Shown here: in pieces, positions 46,404-56,169 of the stretch
Numbering within the stretch: the stretch's first letter is position 1
Layout: each line of letters starts with the position of its first letter
Source: an uncultured Acidobacteriota bacterium
GTDB lineage: Bacteria > Acidobacteriota > Vicinamibacteria > Vicinamibacterales > UBA8438
Reading direction: 5' to 3'
NCBI GenBank assembly: GCA_913043225.1
Contig: CAJWLU010000016.1
Span: 9,135-73,134 of the forward strand
Length of the DNA: 64,000 nt
Notes under the pieces: model-generated
Database searches by the model: none
Seen by the model: the letters and a program-made list of their open reading frames with translations, nothing else
Told to the model about the DNA's origin: nothing
Made by a program: the position numbers and the translations under genes

Positions 46404-47801
46404 ATGGCCAAGAAACGCATTCTCGTTGCCGACGACCACTACTTACTGCGACGGGGCATCGTCCGCGCCCTCAGCGAAGCGGGGCACGAAGTCGAAGAAG
46501 CGGCCAACGGCAACGCCGCCATCGAGCAGCTGCACAACGGGCAGTTCGACGTGGTCGTGAGCGACCTCAAGATCGGCGGCAACGACGGACTCGATGTGCT
46601 GCGCACGGCCAAAACGCTCCACCCCAAGAGCTCGGTCATCCTTATGACCACCTTCGGGTCGATCCAGACCGCGGTGGAGGCGATACGGATCGGCGCGTTC
46701 GACTACGTCCAGAAGCCGTTCGAGATTGAGGAGGTGGAGCTCAAGATCGACAAGGCGCTGCAGGTGCGTCAACTGAAGCACGAGATCGACTATCTGCGTC
46801 ACACCCAGCCCGCCATCTACGACTTCGACCGGATCATCAGAGCGAGTGGGGCACTGCAGCGGGTACTCGACATCCTGCGCAAAGTGGCCAAGACCGACAC
46901 CACCGTGCTAATTCGAGGCGAGACCGGCACCGGCAAGGAGCTGATCGCTGGCGCGCTCCACCACAACTCGCTGCGGGCTAGCCGGAACTTCGTTCGGGTG
47001 CACTGCTCGGCACTGCAGGAGAACCTGCTCGAGTCGGAGCTGTTCGGTCACGAGAAGGGCGCGTTCACCGGCGCCGATCGGCAGCGGATCGGCCGGTTCG
47101 AGCAGGCGGACGGCGGCAGCCTCTTCCTGGACGAGGTCGGAGACATGAGCACGAACACCCAGGCCAAGGTGCTCCGCGTGCTGCAGGAGCAGGAATTCAA
47201 ACGCCGGGGCGGCAGCCGCAACATTCGCGTCGATGTCCGGTTGATTACGGCGACCAACCGGAACCTGGCCGAGATGGTGGCCCGGGGCGAGTTCCGAGAA
47301 GACCTCTACTACCGGCTGAACGTCATGGCGGTCGAGATGCCGCCACTGCGAGACCGCAAGGAAGATATCAACGCGCTGGCCCAGATCTTCATCCGAAAAT
47401 TCTCGGGCGAGCTACGCAAGAAAGTGGTCGACCTCGACCCCAGCGCCGAGAAGCTGCTGCAGTGCTACAACTGGCCGGGCAACATCCGTGAGTTGGAGAA
47501 CTCTATCGAACGAGCCGTAATGCTGGCCGAGGGTAACGTCATCACCCGCGACGACCTCCGCCTGGGCGAGCTCCCGCCCACCGCCGAAGTGTCCGACCCT
47601 GGCACCGTGGTGAAGATTCCACCGACCGGCATCGCGCTGAAAGAAATCGAGCGCCAGGCCGTGGTGAAAGCTCTGACAATATCCAACTGGGTACAGAAGG
47701 ATGCCGCCGAGCTGCTATCGATCACCCCGCGGGTGATGAACTACAAGATCAAGACGCTAGGGATACAGCTCCCGCGCAAGCGAAGAGCGATGGCCGTGTG
47801 A
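46404..47801 (+). CDS. Sigma-54-dependent (NtrC/AtoC family) response regulator
   Basis: Receiver (VADD, SDLK, KPF), AAA+ GETGTGKE, ESELFGHEKGAFTGA, WPGNIRELEN, Fis-type HTH; GGAG SD before ATG 46404. Confidence 0.9.
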   Translation: MAKKRILVADDHYLLRRGIVRALSEAGHEVEEAANGNAAIEQLHNGQFDVVVSDLKIGGNDGLDVLRTAKTLHPKSSVILMTTFGSIQTAVEAIRIGAFDYVQKPFEIEEVELKIDKALQVRQLKHEIDYLRHTQPAIYDFDRIIRASGALQRVLDILRKVAKTDTTVLIRGETGTGKELIAGALHHNSLRASRNFVRVHCSALQENLLESELFGHEKGAFTGADRQRIGRFEQADGGSLFLDEVGDMSTNTQAKVLRVLQEQEFKRRGGSRNIRVDVRLITATNRNLAEMVARGEFREDLYYRLNVMAVEMPPLRDRKEDINALAQIFIRKFSGELRKKVVDLDPSAEKLLQCYNWPGNIRELENSIERAVMLAEGNVITRDDLRLGELPPTAEVSDPGTVVKIPPTGIALKEIERQAVVKALTISNWVQKDAAELLSITPRVMNYKIKTLGIQLPRKRRAMAV

Positions 47802-47835
47802 CCCGCCGCCAGAAACGTCCATTCACACTTGCCGC

Positions 47836-47866
47836 CATTGCGGCGCAGAACACTCCGGCCGCAATG
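47836..47866. terminator. 9-bp hairpin between the convergent NtrC-like gene and xerC
   Basis: CATTGCGGC / GCCGCAATG with a 13-nt loop; no clear U-tract. Confidence 0.35.
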
Positions 47867-47886
47867 CCCTGGAGACCGCTAAACCT

Positions 47887-48813
47887 CTACGCGCGAGGGT
47901 GCGATTTCTTGTACGACGCCATTAACTGCGCGTCGCTGACGTGCGTGTAGCGCTGAGTGGTGCTGACGCGGGCGTGGCCAAGCAGCTCCTGGATAGCGCG
48001 TAGATCGGCGCCGCGTTCGAGCAAATGCGTGGCGAACGAGTGGCGGAGGGCGTGGGGGCTGATGCCGAGGCGCGCGCTGGTGGCGGCCACGTACTTGCGC
48101 ACGAGACGGTCGACGCTCCTCGACGACAGGCGGCCGCCCCGGTAGTTCACGAACAACGGCTCGACCGCCCGGCGGCGGCTGGTCTCGCCCCGCGGCCGAC
48201 GGCGCACGAGCGACTCGCGATCGCCCAGATACGTACGCAGGGCGGCGGCCGTGTTCTTGTTGAACGGTATGATCCGCTCCTTGCCGCCCTTGCCCAGTAC
48301 GCGCACCAGCCGGCTGCTCAGGTTCACGTCTTCGAGGTCGAGCCCCACAAGCTCGCTGAGACGCAGTCCTGAAGCGTAGAACAGCTCCAAAATTGACCGG
48401 TCGCGGCGTCCAAGGAGTGTGTCCCCATCTGGAGCCGCCAGAAGCCGCTCGACCTCGTTCACTTCGAGGTGCGCCGGCATCTTACGGTCGAGCTTCGGGG
48501 TGGCCACCATGGCGCCCGGCTCCTGCTCGATTTCCTCTTCGCGCCGCAGATAACGTCCAAACGCCCGGATGGCGGCGAGCCGCCGCGCCGACGACGCGCG
48601 TGCGTGGCCACGGTCGTACAGCTCGGCCATGAACCCGCGCACCGCGTGGTGGTCCATCTCGGTGGGCTGGATCTGGTCGGCCGGACGTCGGAGGCGACGC
48701 TCGAGGAAGGCAAGAAACTGCGAGAGATCGCTCTCGTAGGCCTTCACCGTGCGCGGCGAGAGGTTCCGGTTCAGCCGGATGTACTCAAGGAAGTGCCGCA
48801 GATGCGTCTGCAT
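47887..48813 (-). CDS. xerC: Tyrosine recombinase XerC
   Basis: RDRSILELFYASGLRLSEL, GKGGKER, HALRHSFATH, LLGH, TQRYTH; topA-trmFO-xerC synteny. Confidence 0.92.
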   Translation of the reverse strand: MQTHLRHFLEYIRLNRNLSPRTVKAYESDLSQFLAFLERRLRRPADQIQPTEMDHHAVRGFMAELYDRGHARASSARRLAAIRAFGRYLRREEEIEQEPGAMVATPKLDRKMPAHLEVNEVERLLAAPDGDTLLGRRDRSILELFYASGLRLSELVGLDLEDVNLSSRLVRVLGKGGKERIIPFNKNTAAALRTYLGDRESLVRRRPRGETSRRRAVEPLFVNYRGGRLSSRSVDRLVRKYVAATSARLGISPHALRHSFATHLLERGADLRAIQELLGHARVSTTQRYTHVSDAQLMASYKKSHPRA

Positions 48814-50176
48814 GAGTCGCTTCCAGATCGAGGCCCCGCTCGGCGGCCCAGGCGTCAAGATCGGCCAGCGCCCGCCCCGCGGTGGCACGGCGCCGGTCGA
48901 CCCGGCGTCGGGGTGCCCCCTCCATCGAGGGTATCAGCCCGAAGGCGATATTCGAGGGCTGATAGTTGGCCGGGGCGGCGTGCGATACATAGTGGCCCAA
49001 CGCCCCAATCGCGGTCGTGCGAGGCGGCGCCTGCGCCGCTTCGCCGCGCGCCAGAGCCGCGGCGTTCAGGCCGGCAATCAGGCCGCTGGCGGCCGACTCG
49101 ACATAACCTTCGACGCCGGAAATCTGGCCGGCAAAGAAGAGCGACGGCTCCGACCGCGACTGCCACGTCGGACGGAGGACGGTCGGGCCGTTGATGTAGG
49201 TGTTCCGGTGGATCATCCCAAAGCGGACGAACTCGGCGGATTCGAGACCAGGAATCAGCCGGAACACGCTCGACTGCTCGCCCCACTTGAGCTGGGTCTG
49301 GAAACCCACCAAGCTGTAGTGGTCGGCAGCAAGGGTGTCCTGCCGCAACTGAACAACGGCGTATGGTCGGCGACCGGTACGAGGATCGTCGAGCCCGACT
49401 GGCTTCATCGGTCCGAAGCGAAGCGTGTCTTCACCGCGGCGCGCCATCACCTCGACAGGCAGGCACCCCTCGAAGAACTTCGCCTTGTCGATGTCGTGCA
49501 GCGTCGCCAACTCGGCGCTCACCAGTGCCTCGTGGAAGCGCTGATACTCCTCACGATTGAGCGGACAGTTCAGGTAGTCGCCCTCGCCGCTATCGTCGGT
49601 GGCCGCGGCATCTGAGCTGTGCCGGCCCCAGCGAGACGCGCGGTAGACCTGGTCGCGGTCGATAGTCTCAGCTAAGACGATTGGACTGATGGCGTCGTAA
49701 AAGTAGAGGTGCTCTCCGCCGACGTGCTGGGCCACGGCCGCCGACAAGCTCGGGGCCGTGAGCGGCCCGGTGGCCACGACCAGCGGTTCGCGAACATTGC
49801 CGGCTAGCGAAAGGTCGGCCACCTCTGCACGCTGAATCTTGACGTTGGGTTCCTGCGCGAGGGCGTTGGTGATGCCTTCGGCGAACTTACCACGATCGAC
49901 GGCCAAGGCGCCGCCGGCCGGGACACGGGTGTCGTCGGCCACGCGGATAATGAGCGACCCAAGCCGCCGCATCTCTGCTTTCAACAAGCCGACAGCGTTC
50001 TCGAGCTTGTCACCACGAAGCGAATTGCTACAGACCAGCTCGGCCAGATGGCCAGTCTGATGCACCTCGGTCGGCGTGGCCGGGCGCATCTCGTAGAGCG
50101 TAACCGACTCGCCAGACCGCGAGGCCTGCCAGGCGGCCTCACTTCCAGCCAGCCCACCACCGACGATGTGAATCAT
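48785..50176 (-). CDS. trmFO: Folate-dependent tRNA (uracil-54) methyltransferase
   Basis: GGGLAGSEAA, ELVCSNS, FEGCLP, FGPMKPVG, AGQISGVEGY. Confidence 0.96.
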   Translation of the reverse strand: MIHIVGGGLAGSEAAWQASRSGESVTLYEMRPATPTEVHQTGHLAELVCSNSLRGDKLENAVGLLKAEMRRLGSLIIRVADDTRVPAGGALAVDRGKFAEGITNALAQEPNVKIQRAEVADLSLAGNVREPLVVATGPLTAPSLSAAVAQHVGGEHLYFYDAISPIVLAETIDRDQVYRASRWGRHSSDAAATDDSGEGDYLNCPLNREEYQRFHEALVSAELATLHDIDKAKFFEGCLPVEVMARRGEDTLRFGPMKPVGLDDPRTGRRPYAVVQLRQDTLAADHYSLVGFQTQLKWGEQSSVFRLIPGLESAEFVRFGMIHRNTYINGPTVLRPTWQSRSEPSLFFAGQISGVEGYVESAASGLIAGLNAAALARGEAAQAPPRTTAIGALGHYVSHAAPANYQPSNIAFGLIPSMEGAPRRRVDRRRATAGRALADLDAWAAERGLDLEATHADASAALP

Positions 50177-50300
50177 CTCCTACGGGTACTCTGCCCCAGA
50201 GCCCGACTCGCAACTCGCTGGGGACCCAACACCCATCTCCGCTTCGTCGCAGGCGTACCCTGCGCCCCGCCAGCCCAGGCCACCTCCACACCGGGTTCGG

Positions 50301-52712
50301 TCAAGCCGATGCCGCCTCTTCTCCTTCGGTTCTCGAGTAGTCACAGCCTTCGGCGTTGCACAGCACCTGATGCCCCGACCGCTTGGTGATCTTCTCGACG
50401 AGGTAGGGACTGCCGCAGGTGGGGCAAACTTCTGGCAACGGCCGGTTCCACAGCACGAAGTCGCAGTCGGGATAGTTGGCGCAGCCGTAGAAGTTGCGCC
50501 CCCGCTTCGACTTGCGCTCCACCACATCGCCTCCATCCTTCGGACAGGCGACGCCCGTGGATTTAAGTTTTACGTAGTGACAGCTGGGATAATTGCTGCA
50601 GGCGGTGAACTCGCCGAAGCGACCCTGCTTGACCACTAGGTTCGATTCGCACTTCGGACATTTCTCGTCCAAAAGCTGGTCTGGTTTGGCCGCGGTGAGC
50701 CCACCCTTAGTCTCGATTAGCTTGCGGGTGGTCTTGCACTCGGGATAGCCGGAGCAGGCCAGGAACTGTCCAAACCGGCCCCGCTTCATCACCATGGCCC
50801 GCCCGCAGTTCTCGCAGGCGTCTGGCTCTTCGTCGGCAACCGGCTGCTCGGCCTGCTCAATCTCCCGCGTGTTGGTGCAGTCAGGATAAGAGCTGCACGC
50901 CAGGAACACACCGAAGCGGCCCACCTTGACCACCATGGGCGAGCTGCACTTGTCACACACCTCGTCGCTCGGCAGACCTTCGCCCTTAATGTTGGGCATC
51001 GCTTCGGCCGCGGCGCCGAGGTCGGAGCTAAACTTTTCGTAGAACCCGGCCAGCATGGTGCGGTAGTCGGCGGAGCCTTCCTCGATTTTGTCGAGCTGCT
51101 CTTCGAGCGCACGCGTATAGTCCACCGCCAGGATGTCGTCGAAGCTCTTGGCCAGCAGTTCGATCACCAGGCGGCCGAGGCGAGTGGGCCGGAATCGGCC
51201 TTCCACCTTCTCGGTGTACTCGCGCGCCTGGAGCACGCCGATGATCGCGGCGTAGGTGCTGGGCCTTCCGATACCGTTCTCTTCGAGCTCTTTGACCAGC
51301 GTTGCTTCGCTGAACCGGGGCGGCGGCTGCGTGAACTTCTGCTGCGGGTCGAGCTCGCACAGCTCGAGCGTGTCGCCCACCGCCACTTGCGGCAACAGAC
51401 TGCTCGAGACCGACTCGTCGCCGGCCGAACCCGCCTCGTCGGCCGATCCCAACTCGGCATCCGCCTGGTAGAGCGTCAGCCACCCGGCGAACTTCTGCAC
51501 CGACCCCTTGGTACGCAGCAGGTAGTCGCCTGCCTCGACCTCGAGGGTGGTGTCGTCGAACAGCGCCGGCGACATCTGCGACCCGACAAACCGGTTCCAG
51601 ATCAGGCGATACAACGAGTACTGATCCCGGCTGAGGTGCGGACGCACCGTTTCCGGATCATACGCCATGCTGGTGGGCCGGATCGCCTCGTGCGCATCCT
51701 GAGCGTCTGACTTCGTCTTGAACTGACGCGGTTGCTCCGGCACGAAGTCGGCGCCGTGCTTCGCGTCGATGTGGGCCCGGACGTCGACGATAGCCTGATC
51801 GGCCACGCGGGTCGAGTCAGTCCGCATATAGGTAATCAGCCCGACCGCCCCTTCGCCCGGCAGCTCAATGCCCTCGTAGAGCTGCTGCGCGATCATCATC
51901 GTCTTCTTGACCGGGAAGCGTGCAGCCTGCTGCAGCTTGCTGGTGATGAACGGCGGCGGCGCCTGCTTCTTCCGCTCTTTTGTAGCTAGCGTCTTGACCA
52001 CGAAGGTGGCCTGCTCGAGGTCGGCCACGACGGTCTTCGCCTCGGTTTCGTTGGCGACCTTGAGGGCGCTGGTGCCCTGCTTGACCACCTGCGCATCGAA
52101 CTCGGGCGGCACCGAGCCGGCGAGCCGGGCAAATAGGTGCCAATACTCCTCAGACACGAACCGGTCGATCGCGTCCTCACGGTCACACACCAGCTTGAGG
52201 GCCACCGACTGCACCCGGCCAGCGCTCAATCCCCGGCGCACCTTGTCCCATAGCAGCGGGCTCAGCTTGTAGCCGACCAGGCGGTCGAGCACGCGCCGCG
52301 CCTGCTGCGCGTCGACCATGTTCTGGTCGATGTTGCGCTCTTCCTTGAGCGCATCGAGCACCGCTTTCTTCGTGATCTCGTTGAAGAAGAGCCGTCCGAC
52401 CTTCCGCTTCTTCGTGCCCAGTTCGTTGGCCAGATGCCAGCCAATGGCCTCGCCTTCGCGATCAGGGTCGGTGGCGATGTAGATCTGCTCAACCCCCCGC
52501 GCGGCGTCGCGCAGTTCCTTGATCACCTTCCGGCGCGCCGGAATCGGCTCGTAGACGGGCTCGAAGCCCTCGTCGATGTCGACCCCCAGCTTGCTCTTCG
52601 GCAGATCACGGATGTGGCCCATGGACGCGACCACTTTAAAGTCGCGACCGAGGTACTTATTGATGGTCTTTGCCTTGGCCGGCGATTCGACGACGACCAG
52701 CGCTTTCGGCAT
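50301..52712 (-). CDS. topA: DNA topoisomerase I
   Basis: VESPAKAKTI, DPDREGE, SAGRVQS, catalytic LITYMRTDS, GIGRPSTY, several C-terminal zinc ribbons. Confidence 0.97.
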   Translation of the reverse strand: MPKALVVVESPAKAKTINKYLGRDFKVVASMGHIRDLPKSKLGVDIDEGFEPVYEPIPARRKVIKELRDAARGVEQIYIATDPDREGEAIGWHLANELGTKKRKVGRLFFNEITKKAVLDALKEERNIDQNMVDAQQARRVLDRLVGYKLSPLLWDKVRRGLSAGRVQSVALKLVCDREDAIDRFVSEEYWHLFARLAGSVPPEFDAQVVKQGTSALKVANETEAKTVVADLEQATFVVKTLATKERKKQAPPPFITSKLQQAARFPVKKTMMIAQQLYEGIELPGEGAVGLITYMRTDSTRVADQAIVDVRAHIDAKHGADFVPEQPRQFKTKSDAQDAHEAIRPTSMAYDPETVRPHLSRDQYSLYRLIWNRFVGSQMSPALFDDTTLEVEAGDYLLRTKGSVQKFAGWLTLYQADAELGSADEAGSAGDESVSSSLLPQVAVGDTLELCELDPQQKFTQPPPRFSEATLVKELEENGIGRPSTYAAIIGVLQAREYTEKVEGRFRPTRLGRLVIELLAKSFDDILAVDYTRALEEQLDKIEEGSADYRTMLAGFYEKFSSDLGAAAEAMPNIKGEGLPSDEVCDKCSSPMVVKVGRFGVFLACSSYPDCTNTREIEQAEQPVADEEPDACENCGRAMVMKRGRFGQFLACSGYPECKTTRKLIETKGGLTAAKPDQLLDEKCPKCESNLVVKQGRFGEFTACSNYPSCHYVKLKSTGVACPKDGGDVVERKSKRGRNFYGCANYPDCDFVLWNRPLPEVCPTCGSPYLVEKITKRSGHQVLCNAEGCDYSRTEGEEAASA

Positions 52713-52802
52713 TTCCCTCGTCCTTCACCCAGTGGCGGCCATCCGCCGCCATCCCGAGACACCGATTTAGCCGACGTCCTGCACTACCCTACCACTCATT
52801 TT

Positions 52803-53600
52803 TCAGGAGCCCACTCTCATGAACCGTCCGCCCGCCAGCCACTCTACCCGGCCCCTCAGCTCTAAATCGGAGAACCTCGCCAGCAGCGCCGAGCTGTCGA
52901 CCCCGCTTATCGCGACCGGTTCGTCAACGTCGCAGGACTCGCCGCGCGCCAGCCGTGAGAGCAGCGGATAGTCCTCCAGATCATCGGCCACTGCTGAATC
53001 ACCCTGCACCTGCGGTATCCGCAACTCTTCCAGGATATCGTCCACATCCTCCACGACCTTTGCCCCATCCTTCGTTAAGGGGTGGGCGCCGCGACTCCGC
53101 CCGCTGAGGACAACGCCCGGCACCGCGATCACCTCCCGCCCCTGTTCCAGCGCCAGGCGAACCGTGATCAGCAACCCCTTCTCCGTATCCTCGACCACCA
53201 TCACGGCCAGGGAAACGCCGCTGATCAGGCTGTTCTGGATCGGAGAGTGGGCTAACCGCGGTTGGATGCCAGACGGGAACTCGCTGACCAGCGCCCCCGT
53301 TCGACGATGGCCGTCGCCAAGCCGCTGTGCTCGGGAGGGTAAACGGTGTCCACCTCCGAGCCCAGTATGGCCAAGGTGCCCCTTGTCCGGCGCGCGCTCC
53401 ACAATGGGCGACGCCATCGCCCCATCGATCCAGGCCGCTGGTCACTGTGACGCCGCGATGGGACGGGTCGGTTCCCAGGCCGTGGGCCAGGGTACAGGCA
53501 TGATGTATGCCCGCCCGTGATCCGACCAGCGCCACCGCCAGACGGCGTAGCCGCACCCGAGGGATCACCCAGCCAGGCAGGGGCGGGCCGCCCCAGCCTG
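52803..53600 (-). pseudogene. dprA: DNA-processing protein DprA, frameshifted pseudogene
   Basis: DprA motifs split over three frames (VALVGSR...VTSGL; TLAILGSEVDTVYPPEH; GALVSEF...ALEQGREVIAVPG...GAKVV); conserved RNRIIS has drifted to QNSLIS; upstream of topA. Confidence 0.88.
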
Positions 53601-53738
53601 TGGCACCCCAACCGCGGATGACTGCGCCCGGATTAGCAGGTTTTCTGGATTATACGTCGCCGAAGGGGGGTCGTGAGAACCGGCTATCGCGTCTTGACCG
53701 TAGCCGCAACGGGCTGTCTTGCGCCCTCTCGTGCGGGC

Positions 53739-53779
53739 TGGCAACGCACTTGCAACTCTCGCGGACGAGTGGCGATAAT
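53739..53779 (+). promoter_or_regulatory. Overlapping sigma-54-like (TGGCA-N6-TTGCA) and sigma-70-like (TTGCAA-N18-GATAAT) promoter motifs
   Basis: TGGCAACGCACTTGCA at 53739-53754 has exact GG-N10-GC spacing; GATAAT at 53774-53779. Confidence 0.45.
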
Positions 53780-53792
53780 GGCGGGGGGTTCC

Positions 53793-54146
53793 ATGCACCG
53801 AGCAATCTTGACCGTCGCGGCTCTAATCCTCCTGGTGGCCCCGGTTGCTGTACGTGCCGACGACCGGGACGAGGCGCGCGCGCAAGTCGAGTTCGGCATC
53901 CAAGTGGCCATGCGCGGTCTGTGGAACGAAGCGGTCTTCCGGTGGGAGCGAGCCATCGAGTTGGACCCAACCTACGCCGAGGCGTGGAACAACCTGGCGA
54001 TCGCGTTCGAGAACCAAGGCCAGTTCGAAGATGCGCTCGAAGCGTATGAAACCGCTCTGGATCTCGACCCCCAGAACATCCAGATCGAAACCAACTACGA
54101 CCTTTTCCTGGAAGTGAGCGACCGTGTCAACCAAAGCGATCCTTAG
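53793..54146 (+). CDS. Secreted TPR-repeat protein
   Basis: Signal peptide, ERAIELDPTYAEAWNNLAIA, YETALDLDP. Confidence 0.85.
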   Translation: MHRAILTVAALILLVAPVAVRADDRDEARAQVEFGIQVAMRGLWNEAVFRWERAIELDPTYAEAWNNLAIAFENQGQFEDALEAYETALDLDPQNIQIETNYDLFLEVSDRVNQSDP

Positions 54147-54948
54147 CCTGGCCTGCATCGCGTTGCTCGCGGGCTGCACAACGTTCTACGACGTCACGGT
54201 CGAGACATCGCTGACGCCGAAGCTCGATATCAATCGGTTCCAGCGGGTGCTAATCGCCGGCTTCGTGGCCGGCGGCTCGGGAGAGGTCGACGGCAACGTC
54301 GAGACCGCACGGCTGCTGCGCAGCCAGCTGCGCCGAAACTCCGACCTGCAAGTAATCGACGCCGACGTGCTCGAGCTGCTGCAAGTGTCGGCCGAGCAGG
54401 GCGGCGGACCTCCGCGCGAGCCGGAACCGCCGCAGATTCCGCAAGGCTTCGCTGCCGCTGAAGGCGCCAACGAGGAAGAGGAAGCCGAAGAAGACGAGCG
54501 TCTCGGCGAAGACAACAGGATGTCGGAGCAGGAGCTGGAAAGCTACGAAACCATCTTCGCCAACGTCGGCTACTGGCGCGACCTCGGCGAGGAGTATCAG
54601 AACCCGCTGATCTTGACCGGCACCGTCTATTTTTCGCCGCACCAGCGGTCGGGCATGGTGACCCGCGAGCGAGAGGTCTACGATTCGTTCGGCCGCCGCC
54701 GCACCGTGCCCCAGCGGGTCTACCGCGACCGTCGCGGGTTCGTGCTGAGCCCGAAGTTCATCTTCATTGACGGCGAGTCTGGGGCCACCCTCTACACTGA
54801 ACGTCACCGCGAGGAAATCCTCTACGAAGCCTCGCAGAACACACCGGCGTTATCGTCCTACTTCGAGTTAATGGATCGGCTGCTACCGTCTGTGCTGGGC
54901 GCGTTCAGCAACCAGAGCGTGACCGGCACGCGAGTGCTGCTTCGGTAG
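54124..54948 (+). CDS. Lipoprotein of unknown function with an acidic insertion
   Basis: Lipobox LAGC; overlaps the TPR gene by 23 nt; Glu-rich loop. Confidence 0.75.
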   Translation: MSTKAILSLACIALLAGCTTFYDVTVETSLTPKLDINRFQRVLIAGFVAGGSGEVDGNVETARLLRSQLRRNSDLQVIDADVLELLQVSAEQGGGPPREPEPPQIPQGFAAAEGANEEEEAEEDERLGEDNRMSEQELESYETIFANVGYWRDLGEEYQNPLILTGTVYFSPHQRSGMVTREREVYDSFGRRRTVPQRVYRDRRGFVLSPKFIFIDGESGATLYTERHREEILYEASQNTPALSSYFELMDRLLPSVLGAFSNQSVTGTRVLLR

Positions 54949-55122
54949 TACTCCGCCGTTTCGTCCGCTCGACACGGGTTGCTAGATTCGAACCGCCAGC
55001 CCCCTTTGGTGCGCACTTCCTGACCGGTCCTCCGAAGCCGGACCTGCCAGTCGCGCGAACACCGTCGTGAGCGGGTGTGGTGTAGTGCTCGACGTGAATC
55101 CGGGTTCAAGGAGGATCCATCG

Positions 55123-55419
55123 ATGGTTTTCTTGCTTGTAACTGCACTCGTGTCTGGCGTGATCATCTTTCTGGGGGCACTGGTGCTGGACTGGCTCGTC
55201 AGGAAGGTCGCGTCCAAGTACGCCGCCAGCCTCGGCCTTGTCACCAGAACCACTACTGTCGTTGCGGTCATGACGGGCATCTATATGTTCGTGATGACTC
55301 GCCCTGGCGTCGTTGGACCGTACGAGCAGTGGACATTCGCGAACATCGGCGGCCAGATCCTGGGGGGCGCGTTGGCGGCAGGGCTGATTCTCTGGATCGA
55401 GAAAAAGACGGGGTCCTGA
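55123..55419 (+). CDS. Small membrane protein (about 3 TM)
   Basis: Strong SD AAGGAGG before ATG 55123; three hydrophobic segments. Confidence 0.65.
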   Translation: MVFLLVTALVSGVIIFLGALVLDWLVRKVASKYAASLGLVTRTTTVVAVMTGIYMFVMTRPGVVGPYEQWTFANIGGQILGGALAAGLILWIEKKTGS

Positions 55420-55449
55420 GATTCGCACGCCGGTGGAGGGAGAGAACCG

Positions 55450-55555
55450 ATGGAGGTCCCGTTTCCAGGCAAAGGTGTGGAGCTGACGCACATGCTCGTG
55501 GTTGGGGTCATGACGCATGCGCCGACCTTCTATCGAGACGTGGGAGGACAACCTG
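55450..55555 (+). pseudogene. Truncated VOC/glyoxalase family gene remnant
   Basis: SD GGAGG; VELTHMLVV...TFYRDVGG resembles a VOC N-terminus (H-strand, FYxDVLG) and then degenerates. Confidence 0.45.
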
Positions 55556-55844
55556 CTGCCGATACTGCGCCGCCTGTTCTGGTATCACCAGGCACGTCTG
55601 AGGTGGACTGGCTAGACGCCTCCAGCCAACAGCAGCCAACTTCTCGATTTACTGGAACAACCTGGCGACAGTGGAAAAGAGGAACTGACTACCGGAGGGC
55701 TCGAACCAGGCGCCGGCAGAGAACTAGCCCAGATAGTGAGATGTGGGCTAGACTAGAGAGCTTGGCCCGAGTGCGCGGTGTCTAAGCGGGCAGCTGCGCT
55801 CGGGGTTGGTTTACGCGCCGGTGCGCGCTCGAAAGGAACAGCTC

Positions 55845-56162
55845 GTGTTTGCCATCATCCAGACCTCCGGACATCAGCACAAGGTGCAGCCGGGGCAGAC
55901 GATCGACGTGGACCGCCTCGGCACAGACGCCGGCGGTGAGGTGACGTTCGACCAGGTGCTTCTGGTCAGCAAAGACGACGGCTCGGTGGTGGCGGGAAGC
56001 CCCACGGTCGACGGCGCCCAGGTGGTTGGCGTGGTCGATGCTCACCATCGTGGTCCCAAGATCAGAGTCTTCCGCCGCAAGCGGCGGAAGGGCATGCGCC
56101 GGACGACGGGACATCGGACGGATCTGACCCGAGTGCGAATCACCAATATCACGGAAATTTGA
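55845..56162 (+). CDS. rplU: 50S ribosomal protein L21
   Basis: [28 protein letters not shown] before GTG 55845; upstream of rpmA. Confidence 0.95.
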   Translation: MFAIIQTSGHQHKVQPGQTIDVDRLGTDAGGEVTFDQVLLVSKDDGSVVAGSPTVDGAQVVGVVDAHHRGPKIRVFRRKRRKGMRRTTGHRTDLTRVRITNITEI

Positions 56163-56169
56163 GGCGGTC

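Noticed and set aside
47887..48813. Tyrosine recombinase as a phage or island integrase
   Set aside because: XerC length and motifs in the conserved topA-trmFO-xerC context; no arm-binding domain, att repeats or phage genes.
54950..55010. GGTTCGAATC on the minus strand as a tRNA, or GGACGAAAC as a hammerhead ribozyme
   Set aside because: No cloverleaf, acceptor stem or CCA, and no CUGANGA core. Kept only as part of the candidate ncRNA.
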